Shown: piece after piece, positions 15,725 to 24,679 of the stretch | How the letters are laid out: every line of letters begins with the position of its first letter | How positions within the stretch are numbered: the stretch's first letter is position 1 | From: Anaerolineae bacterium | GTDB lineage: Bacteria; Chloroflexota; Anaerolineae; JAAYZQ01 | Assembly (NCBI GenBank): GCA_034435455.1 | Contig: DAOTXL010000002.1 | Span: 39,023-103,022 of the forward strand | DNA length: 64,000 nucleotides | Direction: 5' to 3' | Notes under the pieces: model-generated | What the model was told of the DNA's origin: nothing | The model's database searches: none | The model's input: only the letters and a program-made list of their open reading frames with translations | Translations under genes and position numbers: made by a program

Positions 15725-18220
15725 TCACACGCGCTCCACCCGGCACTTGGCCGTTTTCCAGCCAGGCATCTCGGTATGCTCACCAGGATCGTCCAAGGTG
15801 AGGGCATTGGGCCTGGTCGTCCGCAATCCCTGGGTCGGAGAACTGGGGCCAGCGTGCGTCGGGATGTTCACGACCTTGGGATGAATCCGCTCCGTCAGCA
15901 CTGCGTGCATGACCACCGCCCCCCGGGGCGTGCTGACCTGGACCTGATCTCCGCTGGATAGGCCCAGATGGGCCGCCGTCTGGGGGTGCAATTCCACGAA
16001 CACCTCCGGTTCGATGGCCCTCGAAAGAACATCCCAGCGCGTCGCCCAGTGCATGTGGACGGCCGTGGGCTTGTTGGTGGTCATGATCAGTGGGTATTCC
16101 TCGCTCCAGTTGATGTTCTCGCTCTTGTCTTCGGGTTCCTCCTGGACGTCACGGAACTCGGGCAGGCCGGCGTGATGCCAGTTTTCGCCTATATCCACGT
16201 GGACCTTACCGTCAGGGGTCATGAACTTGGGCACCTCCGGGTCATCCGGGTTCATGAACAGGAAGGGCATGCCACCTTTGTCGGCCATCATCGGTGGGCA
16301 GGGGAAAGTGACGCCGCCCTTGGGACTCCATGCTTTCACGTTGTCCAGGGTCATCCCGGCATAGGGGTTCATTTGCGGCCCCATCTCTTGGGCTTTCGCC
16401 ATGGCCGTGGCCTCGTCCAGGCCCTGCTGCATTAACTGCGCCTTGACCGTCATGATCTGCATGTTGGTCATCATCATGCTGGTGACGGTCATGTAATAGT
16501 TGTAAATGGCTTCCGGCCCTTGAGAGAACATCTCGTACGGCCACAACGGTTTCTGGTACTCCGGGTTGTCCATGCCGTTCCCCGTGGTGGTCTCGGTGCA
16601 GAGTTCATCGCCGTAGACCCGCCGCCCCAATTCGTTCCAGATCCACCAGTAGGGCCTGGATTCGCCCAGGGACTCGATGGCCTTTTCCTTCCAGCGCACG
16701 GCCCCATTGCTGCCAGCCATCAGGTTGGAGCCCCCCTCCTCAAACTCGCTGCAAATCGGCAGGATGTAATGGGCATAGTCCGCCGTTCCGTCGTGGAACA
16801 TGGTGAGGTGAACCACCAGGCCCTCGGCCTTGAGCCGTTCCAGGCCCTGACGGAGGGCGTCGGAATTGGGCGTTCGGGCCAGCAGGCTGCCGCTGGCGAA
16901 GAGGACTTTGACGCGCCCCGCCACCATCCCTTCACGGGTCACGCTGGGGGGTTGGTCGCCGGGGTCATAGATGTCATCCACCTTGCCCGGGCCGAAGCGC
17001 CACCACTCGACCTTCATGCCGGTGGTGGGCAAATTCATCACCCCCACGACGCCGGGCTTGCCGTGGATGCCGCCGCCGGGCAGACCAAAAGCGCCCAACA
17101 CGACCGGGATGAGCATCACCGCCCGGCCGGCCTGGTAGCCGTTCGATTGAGCGCTCAACGCCGAACCCAAGACGAAAGCGGTCTTGCGCCCGGCCGCAGC
17201 CATCTCTCGGGCCAACTGGCGGATGGTATCGGCCGGCACCCAGGTGATCTGGGACACCGTCTCGGGATCATACTGGCTGACCAACTGCTTCAGCTTGTCC
17301 ACGTCGCCTTCCACCACATAGTCATTCAGGCGCGGATAGGTCAGGTTCTCGGCAAAGAGGACGTGGAGGATGCCCAGGGCCAGCGCCCCATCGGTGGCCG
17401 GGCGGATGGGGATGTACTGGTCGGCGCGGGCCGCCGAGGGAGTATAGCGCGGGTCGATGCAGACCACCTTGGCGCCATTGTCCTGGGCTTCCAGGATGAA
17501 TTGGAAAGCGACAGGCATGGTGCTGGCCCAGTTGCTGGCCCAGATCACGACGTATTTGGACTGCGGCAAGTCGGTGTCCAGGTTGCTGCGGAACATGTAG
17601 CCGAACAGCGATTTCGCCGCCCGCAAAAAGTTCCCCCCGCAGGCCTGGCAGCCCCCGTAGTGCGGCCGGGCGCTGAACGCCCGCTTGAAGCGATAGAGCA
17701 TGGCTAATCCCTCCGCCCGCACCCGGGGGGTCGTGTAGAAGGCCACCAACTCTTTCTCTTCCTCCGTCTGCTGGCCGACGCCGCCGCGATCCATCCAAGG
17801 CTGGCGCAGCTCTCGCAGCCGGGCGGCGATCTCGTCCAACGCCTGCTCCCAGCTCACCTGCACCCAGCCTTGCCCTTCTCGCTTCAGGGGATACAGGATG
17901 CGATCGGGGTTGTACGTGTCCCCCACGGCCGTCAGGCCTTTGACGCACAGCTTGCCCCCGGTGAAGCGGTCAGTGGCCAGGCCTTCCGCGTGGACGATCC
18001 GCCCGTCCTTCACGTAGACTGTCCGACCGCAGTGGTGCGTACAAGGGTTGTCGCAGAACGAGAGGCGTGGCTCGCCCTCCGCCCAGGAAGGGGCAACACC
18101 AGACTCCGTTGTGCGTGCAAACACCTCATCCGGCGAGCCGAACGTCTCCAGCAACGTCAAGCCTGTGACACCGGCTCCGGCGGCTTTCAGAAACTGCCTT
18201 CTGGTCATCTCGTGGCTCAT
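15725..18220 (-). CDS. Tat-dependent molybdopterin oxidoreductase catalytic subunit (PsrA/PhsA/ArrA-like) with unusual CX3CX3C motif and Met-rich insertion
   Basis: Tat signal MSHEMTRRQFLKAAGAG; FCDNPCTHHCGRT…KLCVKG; ATG 18220 with GGGGGAGG RBS; residues ~594-688 of ORF contain 17 Met. Confidence 0.8.
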   Translation of the reverse strand: MSHEMTRRQFLKAAGAGVTGLTLLETFGSPDEVFARTTESGVAPSWAEGEPRLSFCDNPCTHHCGRTVYVKDGRIVHAEGLATDRFTGGKLCVKGLTAVGDTYNPDRILYPLKREGQGWVQVSWEQALDEIAARLRELRQPWMDRGGVGQQTEEEKELVAFYTTPRVRAEGLAMLYRFKRAFSARPHYGGCQACGGNFLRAAKSLFGYMFRSNLDTDLPQSKYVVIWASNWASTMPVAFQFILEAQDNGAKVVCIDPRYTPSAARADQYIPIRPATDGALALGILHVLFAENLTYPRLNDYVVEGDVDKLKQLVSQYDPETVSQITWVPADTIRQLAREMAAAGRKTAFVLGSALSAQSNGYQAGRAVMLIPVVLGAFGLPGGGIHGKPGVVGVMNLPTTGMKVEWWRFGPGKVDDIYDPGDQPPSVTREGMVAGRVKVLFASGSLLARTPNSDALRQGLERLKAEGLVVHLTMFHDGTADYAHYILPICSEFEEGGSNLMAGSNGAVRWKEKAIESLGESRPYWWIWNELGRRVYGDELCTETTTGNGMDNPEYQKPLWPYEMFSQGPEAIYNYYMTVTSMMMTNMQIMTVKAQLMQQGLDEATAMAKAQEMGPQMNPYAGMTLDNVKAWSPKGGVTFPCPPMMADKGGMPFLFMNPDDPEVPKFMTPDGKVHVDIGENWHHAGLPEFRDVQEEPEDKSENINWSEEYPLIMTTNKPTAVHMHWATRWDVLSRAIEPEVFVELHPQTAAHLGLSSGDQVQVSTPRGAVVMHAVLTERIHPKVVNIPTHAGPSSPTQGLRTTRPNALTLDDPGEHTEMPGWKTAKCRVERV

Positions 18221-18263
18221 TGCATTGCCTCCCCCTTCTGTACTATGGTACGAAAAGATATGC

Positions 18264-18917
18264 TCAGTGGTTTCCTCCTGCATCCAATTGCTGCGCCAGG
18301 GTCGTCAGCAGCCCATCGGCGAGCCGGGCGACCGGCTTGTAGAACCGGGCGGCGTCCAGGGCGTACAGCTCGGTGCAAAACCGGGGCCCCCAGGCCAGCA
18401 AGTGCTCCTGAAGAAAGCGCCGGGCTATGTCCAGATATTGCTCTTCCCCGGTCTCCAGGAATACTCGCCCCAGGTAAGCCATGAAGCCCAGCTCCAGGCC
18501 AAAGTGATCGGGCGGGTAGTTACAGGCATGGATGCTCTGCACGCCGGATTCGGCCCAGAAGGCGCGAACCTGGTCCACCGACTCGCCCATCAGTAGTCCC
18601 TGGAACGTCTGCCCTCCCACGGTCAGGCGATCCCGATAAACCGACTCGTAGGGATGAACGGTCCGAGGTTGCGGCCCGACGAACAACGCGGCGAATTCCC
18701 GGCGCAGTTCGCCGTGCAGATCGGCCGCATCCCGCCCCCGTTGGGCTCGGGCGAACGCCCGCAGAGCCTCCAGCCCGTGGACCAGTTTGCCGTTGCTGCC
18801 CGGTGGCGCTGGCAGGTCCAGCTCTCCCTGCACCATCTCTGTGGCCAGGGCGAGAGGGGGCTCCTCCAAAAAGAGGGCCGCAACCATCCATTCCAACGAA
18901 ACCAGCGTTGGATCCAC
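18264..18917 (-). CDS. TorD/DmsD-family molybdoenzyme chaperone
   Basis: 217 aa, TorD-family helical pattern; immediately upstream of alpha subunit. Confidence 0.65.
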   Translation of the reverse strand: MDPTLVSLEWMVAALFLEEPPLALATEMVQGELDLPAPPGSNGKLVHGLEALRAFARAQRGRDAADLHGELRREFAALFVGPQPRTVHPYESVYRDRLTVGGQTFQGLLMGESVDQVRAFWAESGVQSIHACNYPPDHFGLELGFMAYLGRVFLETGEEQYLDIARRFLQEHLLAWGPRFCTELYALDAARFYKPVARLADGLLTTLAQQLDAGGNH

Positions 18918-19099
18918 TATCCTCCCCCATGCCTATTATACCGCAGGCGAGTACGGTCCGTCTATCGAGAAACTTCGACAGTTTCTGTAGGGAAGATACG
19001 GACAAGAAGGACAGGGGCCTGGTTCGACCGGACAACGGGCCGGCGGCCAGGCGCACGGTCGTCAGAACCAAGCGGTTTGCGTGGGGGAGGGGGAGTTGA

Positions 19100-19753
19100 T
19101 CAGCCCGGTGGGGTCAATCGGTGCTGGATAGCGAACTTGATGAGGCTGGGGAAATCGCTGATGCTCAGCTTTTTCATCAGGCGCTCGCGGTAGGTATCAA
19201 TGGTCCTCGGCGAAAGAAAGAGGATGTCGGCAATCTCGGCCCTCGATTGGCCCTCGACGAGGAGTTGCAGGACCTGGCGCTCGCGCGAGCTCAATCGCTC
19301 CAGCGGACTCTTGCTTGCGGCGGTTTCGTACCGGCCCACGTGGCTGTCGAGCAACGCGTCCACGGCATTCTCACTCAGGTATCGTCGTCCAGCATAGACG
19401 GCACGGACAGCGTTGACTACCTCGGTGCCGGCGGACTCTTTCAACAGGTAGCCGTAGGCTCCGGCGTGCAGCGCCTGGGTGATATCCTCGCTGGTGGAAT
19501 ACATGGAGAGGATGACGGTCCGCGCCGACGGGCAGAGCTGGCGGATCTGGCGCGTCGCTTCAAAGCCGTTCAGTTCGGGCATGGCCAGGTCCATGATGAC
19601 GACGTCGGGGCAGAGCCGTGCCACCTCGTCTACCGCCTCCTGCCCGTTGGCCGCATCCCCGACTACCTTGATGGTGCCCTGCGCCTCCAACAGCAGCCGC
19701 AACCCGTCGCGAACCACGGCATGATCATCGGCCAGGAACACGGTAATGGTCAT
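19100..19753 (-). CDS. NarL/FixJ-family response regulator
   Basis: MTITVFLADDHAVVRDG…LuxR HTH; ATG 19753 in ATGA overlap with kinase stop. Confidence 0.8.
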   Translation of the reverse strand: MTITVFLADDHAVVRDGLRLLLEAQGTIKVVGDAANGQEAVDEVARLCPDVVIMDLAMPELNGFEATRQIRQLCPSARTVILSMYSTSEDITQALHAGAYGYLLKESAGTEVVNAVRAVYAGRRYLSENAVDALLDSHVGRYETAASKSPLERLSSRERQVLQLLVEGQSRAEIADILFLSPRTIDTYRERLMKKLSISDFPSLIKFAIQHRLTPPG

Positions 19754-21363
19754 CGCGGCACCTCCACAACGACTCGCGTGCCATGCCCGGGGCGAGATTC
19801 GACGTGGCAATGACCGCCCACGGCCCGGGCCCGCTCGGCCATGCTCAACAGCCCCCAGCCGTGGTGGTCTTCCGGCACGGCCAGATGGGCGGGGTCAAAG
19901 CCGATGCCGCTATCCGCGACGGTCAGGCGCACGGTGCTGCTGTCTGTCTCCAGGGTCACCGTCACCTGTGTAGCCTGCGCGTACTTGGCGACGTTGGTCA
20001 ATGCCTCCTGGGCGATGCGAAACAGGGCGGTCTCAACCAAAGTGCTCAGGCGGGGGGCTGGTTCCTCACCCTGTACACCGACGGCAACGCCCACCCTCGA
20101 GGCAACCTGCGCCCCGTACCAACGCAAGGCTGCGACGATTCCGTGGTTGTCCAAAACCGGCGGCCGCAGATCGGCCATCACGTTGCGGATACACAAACCT
20201 GTCTGCCCGACGAGGGCCAGCGAGTCCTCCAGGCGGGAGCGGAGCGGAGCGACTGCCTCCCCGGTCATCTGCATCCGCACGTAACTCAGGTTGATGCTGA
20301 GCGCAGTCAGATTCCGGCCCACCTGATCGTGTAATTCGCGCGCCAGCCGCTGCCGTTCGGTCTCTTCGGCCTCCGCCAGCCGCATGGCCAGTGCTCGCAG
20401 TCGCTCACCCTGCCGCCCGACTATCTCAAATAACCGGGCGTTCTCGATAGCCAGCGCAGCCTGGTCGGCCAGGATGGAAAAAAGCTGCCGGTCATCCTGG
20501 CCAAAGGCGTCTAGCCTGGCGCTCTCGGCGTTGAGCACCCCGATGACCTGTTCGCCTGCTTTGAGCGGCACGCACAATTCGGAACGCGTCCCGGAGTGAG
20601 CGCTCACGTAGCGCGCCTCCCGGCTCACGTCGGGCAGGTAGATGGCCTCGCCGCTGTGGGCCACGGCCGTGGTGATGCCCCGTGCGCCATCGATGGGCAG
20701 CCGGGAGATCTTGGGTGGTTCGTCTGCTGGCGCATAAGCCTGGCATACCAATTCCTTCCCTTCCTCATCTATCAGCCACAGGTGGCACAACTGGAACTCT
20801 AGCACATGTTCGGCGGCGTTCACCACGGCCTGGGCGATCCATGACTTTTCCCGAGAAAGCACCAGTTCCCGACTCAGGAAACCGATGGCCGCCAGTTTCG
20901 CCTCCAACCGCCGTTCTGCGGTCACATCGTGGCAGATTGCGATGATCTGGGCGACCTGACCCTGTTCATCGTGCAGCGGGAAAGCAGAGACGTCAAAGAA
21001 GAAAGGTCTCTCTTCCAGGCCACGGAGGACGTGGGATGCCCGGATCGGTTCGCCCTTCTCCCAAACCTGATGCAGAGGACAAACGACCTCCAGTTCAGCG
21101 CGAGGTTCACAGAGCTGGTAAACCACTTCGTAACATCGGCGGCCGATCACTTCCCCTCGCGTGTATCCCATCTGGCGCAGAAAGGCTGAATTCACATCTC
21201 TTACACGATAGTCGCGATCAATGACCATCACCTGGTCTTGCATGCCATTGACCATGCACCGAAAGTACTCGCACACCCTGTTCAAGCGATCGTCTGACAT
21301 GGCATCCTCGACAGACTCCATCAAGTGCTCTGCCAAGGCAGTATTTACTGTCTTCACAGCCAT
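19750..21363 (-). CDS. Cytoplasmic sensor histidine kinase PAS-GAF-HisKA_3-HATPase
   Basis: No TM; PAS then GAF then H-box ELHDQVGRNLTAL and HATPase; ATG 21363 with GGAGGT RBS. Confidence 0.75.
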   Translation of the reverse strand: MAVKTVNTALAEHLMESVEDAMSDDRLNRVCEYFRCMVNGMQDQVMVIDRDYRVRDVNSAFLRQMGYTRGEVIGRRCYEVVYQLCEPRAELEVVCPLHQVWEKGEPIRASHVLRGLEERPFFFDVSAFPLHDEQGQVAQIIAICHDVTAERRLEAKLAAIGFLSRELVLSREKSWIAQAVVNAAEHVLEFQLCHLWLIDEEGKELVCQAYAPADEPPKISRLPIDGARGITTAVAHSGEAIYLPDVSREARYVSAHSGTRSELCVPLKAGEQVIGVLNAESARLDAFGQDDRQLFSILADQAALAIENARLFEIVGRQGERLRALAMRLAEAEETERQRLARELHDQVGRNLTALSINLSYVRMQMTGEAVAPLRSRLEDSLALVGQTGLCIRNVMADLRPPVLDNHGIVAALRWYGAQVASRVGVAVGVQGEEPAPRLSTLVETALFRIAQEALTNVAKYAQATQVTVTLETDSSTVRLTVADSGIGFDPAHLAVPEDHHGWGLLSMAERARAVGGHCHVESRPGHGTRVVVEVPR

Positions 21364-21526
21364 TGTGTACCTCCGTCCTCTCCTCACCATCAGAACACCT
21401 CCACCAGGAGTGTCCAGTGGCCGATGCTATAGCCCAAGTCCAGCGCCGTCCAGGCCAGGGCAGGCCTGAAGGCGTAAGGCATCCCGCAGTGTATCATTCA
21501 TCACCACCTTGCCTTGTCGCATCGCC

Positions 21527-22771
21527 TCAGGGGCACAGGATGATCCCCTGCGCCCACAAGCAATCCCCGCACGCGGGGAACTCGTTGCCGAAGCAGTCTT
21601 CCTCGTTCGATTCAGAGTACTGGCAGCCACCACAGTCGACGCAGGGCGAAAAGTCGAATTCCACGACCCGCCGGCGGAACTGCTGGTATTTGGTGTGCTG
21701 CCAGACACGCGTGATGGCCTCGTCGTTGACATCGCCCACGACATAGCGCCGGATCGCTTTCTCCCGGCCGAGGATGTAGCAGGTGTAAGAGTGCATGAGG
21801 GCGATGCATGGACTCACCCCACCGTCCCAGGCTACAGCTACGGCGCCTTCGCGCACAAAGCGGCAGTAGCCCTTGAGACTGCCAGAGTGCTCAAGAAGAG
21901 GGTCGATCGTTCCACCATGCCGCAGGAGCCCTAACAGAGGTTCCAGGACTTCAGGGCGAGCATCAATCCGCGGCAGCACAATCTCCGGATACCACCGCGA
22001 GCGTGTCCGGGGATGCGGGCTGCCCGCTGCCAAAGAGTACAGGATCTCCTCGCTGAACTCTTGAGCGTAGGGCAGTACGTTGGTCACGACGATGAAACTG
22101 GCCTCCAGCGAGTGGGCCAGGCGCCGGAGGTTCGGCAGCTCCGACAGGTTACGCCGCGTGACCACGAACTCCAGGCCAATCTCCGGATTGCCACGAGGGT
22201 TCATGCGCCGCAGCGCCAGCAGGTGGCCGACATTTCGCTGTACCAGGTGCAGGTCCGTGCCTGCCCTGATGCCTGCGTTACTTTCCGGCGAGGCCCCGTC
22301 GACCGAGATGACCAGCGTGCCCAACCCAGCCTGAACCAACCCTTCGGCCATCCCCTGGTCCAGGAGTAGCCCGTTGGTGATCAACTCCGTCCTGGCCCCC
22401 AGCTCCCCGGCCAGAGCCACCATCTCCACGATGTCGGGGTGCAGCAACGGCTCGCCCAGCCCCCAGAAGGCCACGGTCTGTAGCGCAGGCGTCTCTCGCA
22501 GGCCCTCGACAAGCCGCCGATAGGTGTCCGTCGCCATGGTCCCGCCCGGCTCATCCCAGGAGCGACGGATGCAGATGGGGCAGTTCAGATTGCAGGCCGT
22601 GGTCGGTTCGACGTAGACCTGGCGCAGCGGCGGATCGGCCGGGCGGAGCAGTAACCCGTCTGCTGTCTCTTCGATCTGGAACCCGGTGCCGGGTGTCAGT
22701 CCCCAGCGGCGCCGCTCTTCCTCCGGTAACCACAGCGCCCCGTCCCGGCCTACGACCTGCTCTTCGCTCAT
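21527..22771 (-). CDS. Radical SAM / SPASM-domain enzyme with N-terminal AbrB/MazE-like swapped-hairpin domain (paralog 1)
   Basis: N-term GALWLPEEERRRWGLTPGTGFQIEETADGLLLRP fits AbrB-N pattern; CNLNCPIC radical SAM triad; C-terminal Cys-rich SPASM (CVDCGGCQYSE…CGDC). Confidence 0.8.
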   Translation of the reverse strand: MSEEQVVGRDGALWLPEEERRRWGLTPGTGFQIEETADGLLLRPADPPLRQVYVEPTTACNLNCPICIRRSWDEPGGTMATDTYRRLVEGLRETPALQTVAFWGLGEPLLHPDIVEMVALAGELGARTELITNGLLLDQGMAEGLVQAGLGTLVISVDGASPESNAGIRAGTDLHLVQRNVGHLLALRRMNPRGNPEIGLEFVVTRRNLSELPNLRRLAHSLEASFIVVTNVLPYAQEFSEEILYSLAAGSPHPRTRSRWYPEIVLPRIDARPEVLEPLLGLLRHGGTIDPLLEHSGSLKGYCRFVREGAVAVAWDGGVSPCIALMHSYTCYILGREKAIRRYVVGDVNDEAITRVWQHTKYQQFRRRVVEFDFSPCVDCGGCQYSESNEEDCFGNEFPACGDCLWAQGIILCP

Positions 22772-22780
22772 GCGCTTCCC

Positions 22781-24679
22781 CTATACCAACGCCACCACCA
22801 GCCAGCCGGCCAGCAGGACGAACAGCCCGGCGGTGAGCAGCTTGACCGCCGCCGCCCGGCGGTTGATGAACTGCGCCAACTGCTCCGAGGTGGTGCCCAG
22901 GTAGGCCAGCACAAAGACCACCACCAGCGGCAGGATGAACATCAGATTGTAGAGCAGCAGGTAGGCAGCAGCCCGTGCTTTCAGGTTGGGCACGCCCAAC
23001 ACGAAAATGATGGTCGGCAGGTAGACCTGGCCGGTGCAGGCCAGCTCGATGAACGAGATGACCATGCCCGTGACCAAGGCTACCGGCACAAAGGCGCGCA
23101 ACCCGGCTCCCTCGCGGATGACACGGTTGATCCACCGGCGCAGGCGCAGCGGCAGCTTGAGCCGCATCTCCTCCGGCCGGCCACGGCGGGCCTGCCACCA
23201 GTCGTACAGGCTGCCGGCAGCCAGGAAGAGGCACAGGACCGCCGTCAGGCCGTACACCCAGCGGCTGATGGCGCTCAGGAAGGGCAGCGAGGCCAGGAAC
23301 TTGAGCAGGCCAAAGCCGACCCCCAGGTAGGTGAGGAACACGCCCAGGGCAAAGGCCGCGCCCACGGCCAGTACCTCGCGCCGGCCACGGCCGACGAAAG
23401 CCAGGTAGGAGATGAAAAAGACGATGGTGGCAAAGGCACAGGGGTTCAACCCGTCCACCAGCCCGGCGGCCAGCACGGTGAGCACCCCGAAGGAGCGGAA
23501 GCGCTCCACGATGCTGCCCGCGGCCTGGTCCTGGGCGGCCTCCCAGCCCTCCCAGGCAGGCTCGGCCCCGGTCGCGGCGTAGCGAGCGACGAGCGCCTCC
23601 AGGGCCTGGGCGGTCAGTTCCTGGTCCACCAGCGCCTCGTCGCCGACGAACACCGCTGGGGCGATCAGGCGTTTCGCCTCCGGCACGCCGGCCTGTGCCC
23701 CCAGCCACTCGCACAGCGCCGCCTCGGCCTTGACATCGAACTCGTGGACGACGAGCTGCGGATACTGCCCCTGCAAGTAGTTCAGGTCCAGGCTCACCCG
23801 GTCGCATTCACGGCAGCCGGGTTGGTAAAAGTAGGCCAGGTGGATGGGAGGCGCGTCCTCGACGACGGTGGCTGCCGGCGTTGGGGTGGGTAGTTCTACC
23901 TGGGGCAGGTCCACGCCCCCCTGGGCCAGATAGAAGTCGATCAACTCCTCCAACCGGGCCTCGATCTCCGCATTGCCCAGGAGGGCATAGTCGCCGATGA
24001 AAATCTCGGGCATATCGCCGTACTCGAGGCCGTACTGAGCCTCGAGGGCCAGCATCTCTTCGTAGTAGCCCTTTTCCAGATCGAACTCATAGATCTCGAC
24101 CTGGCCTTTCTCGTACTTGTCCAGGATCGGTGGCAGGATCTCCTCTTTCAGCACCAGGCAGGAGTCGCAGTTGCTGTCGTAGAACAGCCAGAAGCGTACC
24201 ACCGCCTCGGCGCCCGCTTCCGGCGTGGGTGTAGGCGGCGGAACCGTGGGTGTGGCAGTGGTGTCCAGCCAGGCCTCCAGGCCGGGGATGGCTGGATAAT
24301 CCAGGCCGCCGGCCGCCAGGTGCTGTTCGATCAGCCCCGGCAACTGCTGGGGGATGTCGTAAGAGCCGACCAGCACCCGGTCGCCGATGAACAGCATCGG
24401 CACGCCACGCTGATCGTCGGGCACGCGCTGGGCTTCCATGGCCGCCCGCCACAACTCATAGCCTGCCGGGTCCGACACCTCGATGGCCACCACCTGGAGT
24501 TGGTCGCCATACTTTTCCTGCAGCGGCGGCAGGGTCTCGGTCAGCACCACGTGGCAATGGGGGCAGGTTTCGGCCCAGAACAACACGGCGCGCACCACAG
24601 GCTCCTCGGCGTGGGCAGCCGGCAACGCCGGGAGCAGCAGGAGCAGCGGCAACAACAGCCATCTCATATTTCGTTCCAT
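22781..24679 (-). CDS. Signal-peptide protein with three thioredoxin-fold domains (CPHC, CDSC, CREC) fused to C-terminal CcdA/DsbD-type transmembrane domain
   Basis: Cleavable signal MRWLLLPLLLLLPALPAAHA; three Trx-like units separated by Pro/Thr linkers; C-terminal 6 TM with CcdA Cys motifs GLNPCAF and ELACTGQ. Confidence 0.75.
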   Translation of the reverse strand: MERNMRWLLLPLLLLLPALPAAHAEEPVVRAVLFWAETCPHCHVVLTETLPPLQEKYGDQLQVVAIEVSDPAGYELWRAAMEAQRVPDDQRGVPMLFIGDRVLVGSYDIPQQLPGLIEQHLAAGGLDYPAIPGLEAWLDTTATPTVPPPTPTPEAGAEAVVRFWLFYDSNCDSCLVLKEEILPPILDKYEKGQVEIYEFDLEKGYYEEMLALEAQYGLEYGDMPEIFIGDYALLGNAEIEARLEELIDFYLAQGGVDLPQVELPTPTPAATVVEDAPPIHLAYFYQPGCRECDRVSLDLNYLQGQYPQLVVHEFDVKAEAALCEWLGAQAGVPEAKRLIAPAVFVGDEALVDQELTAQALEALVARYAATGAEPAWEGWEAAQDQAAGSIVERFRSFGVLTVLAAGLVDGLNPCAFATIVFFISYLAFVGRGRREVLAVGAAFALGVFLTYLGVGFGLLKFLASLPFLSAISRWVYGLTAVLCLFLAAGSLYDWWQARRGRPEEMRLKLPLRLRRWINRVIREGAGLRAFVPVALVTGMVISFIELACTGQVYLPTIIFVLGVPNLKARAAAYLLLYNLMFILPLVVVFVLAYLGTTSEQLAQFINRRAAAVKLLTAGLFVLLAGWLVVALV

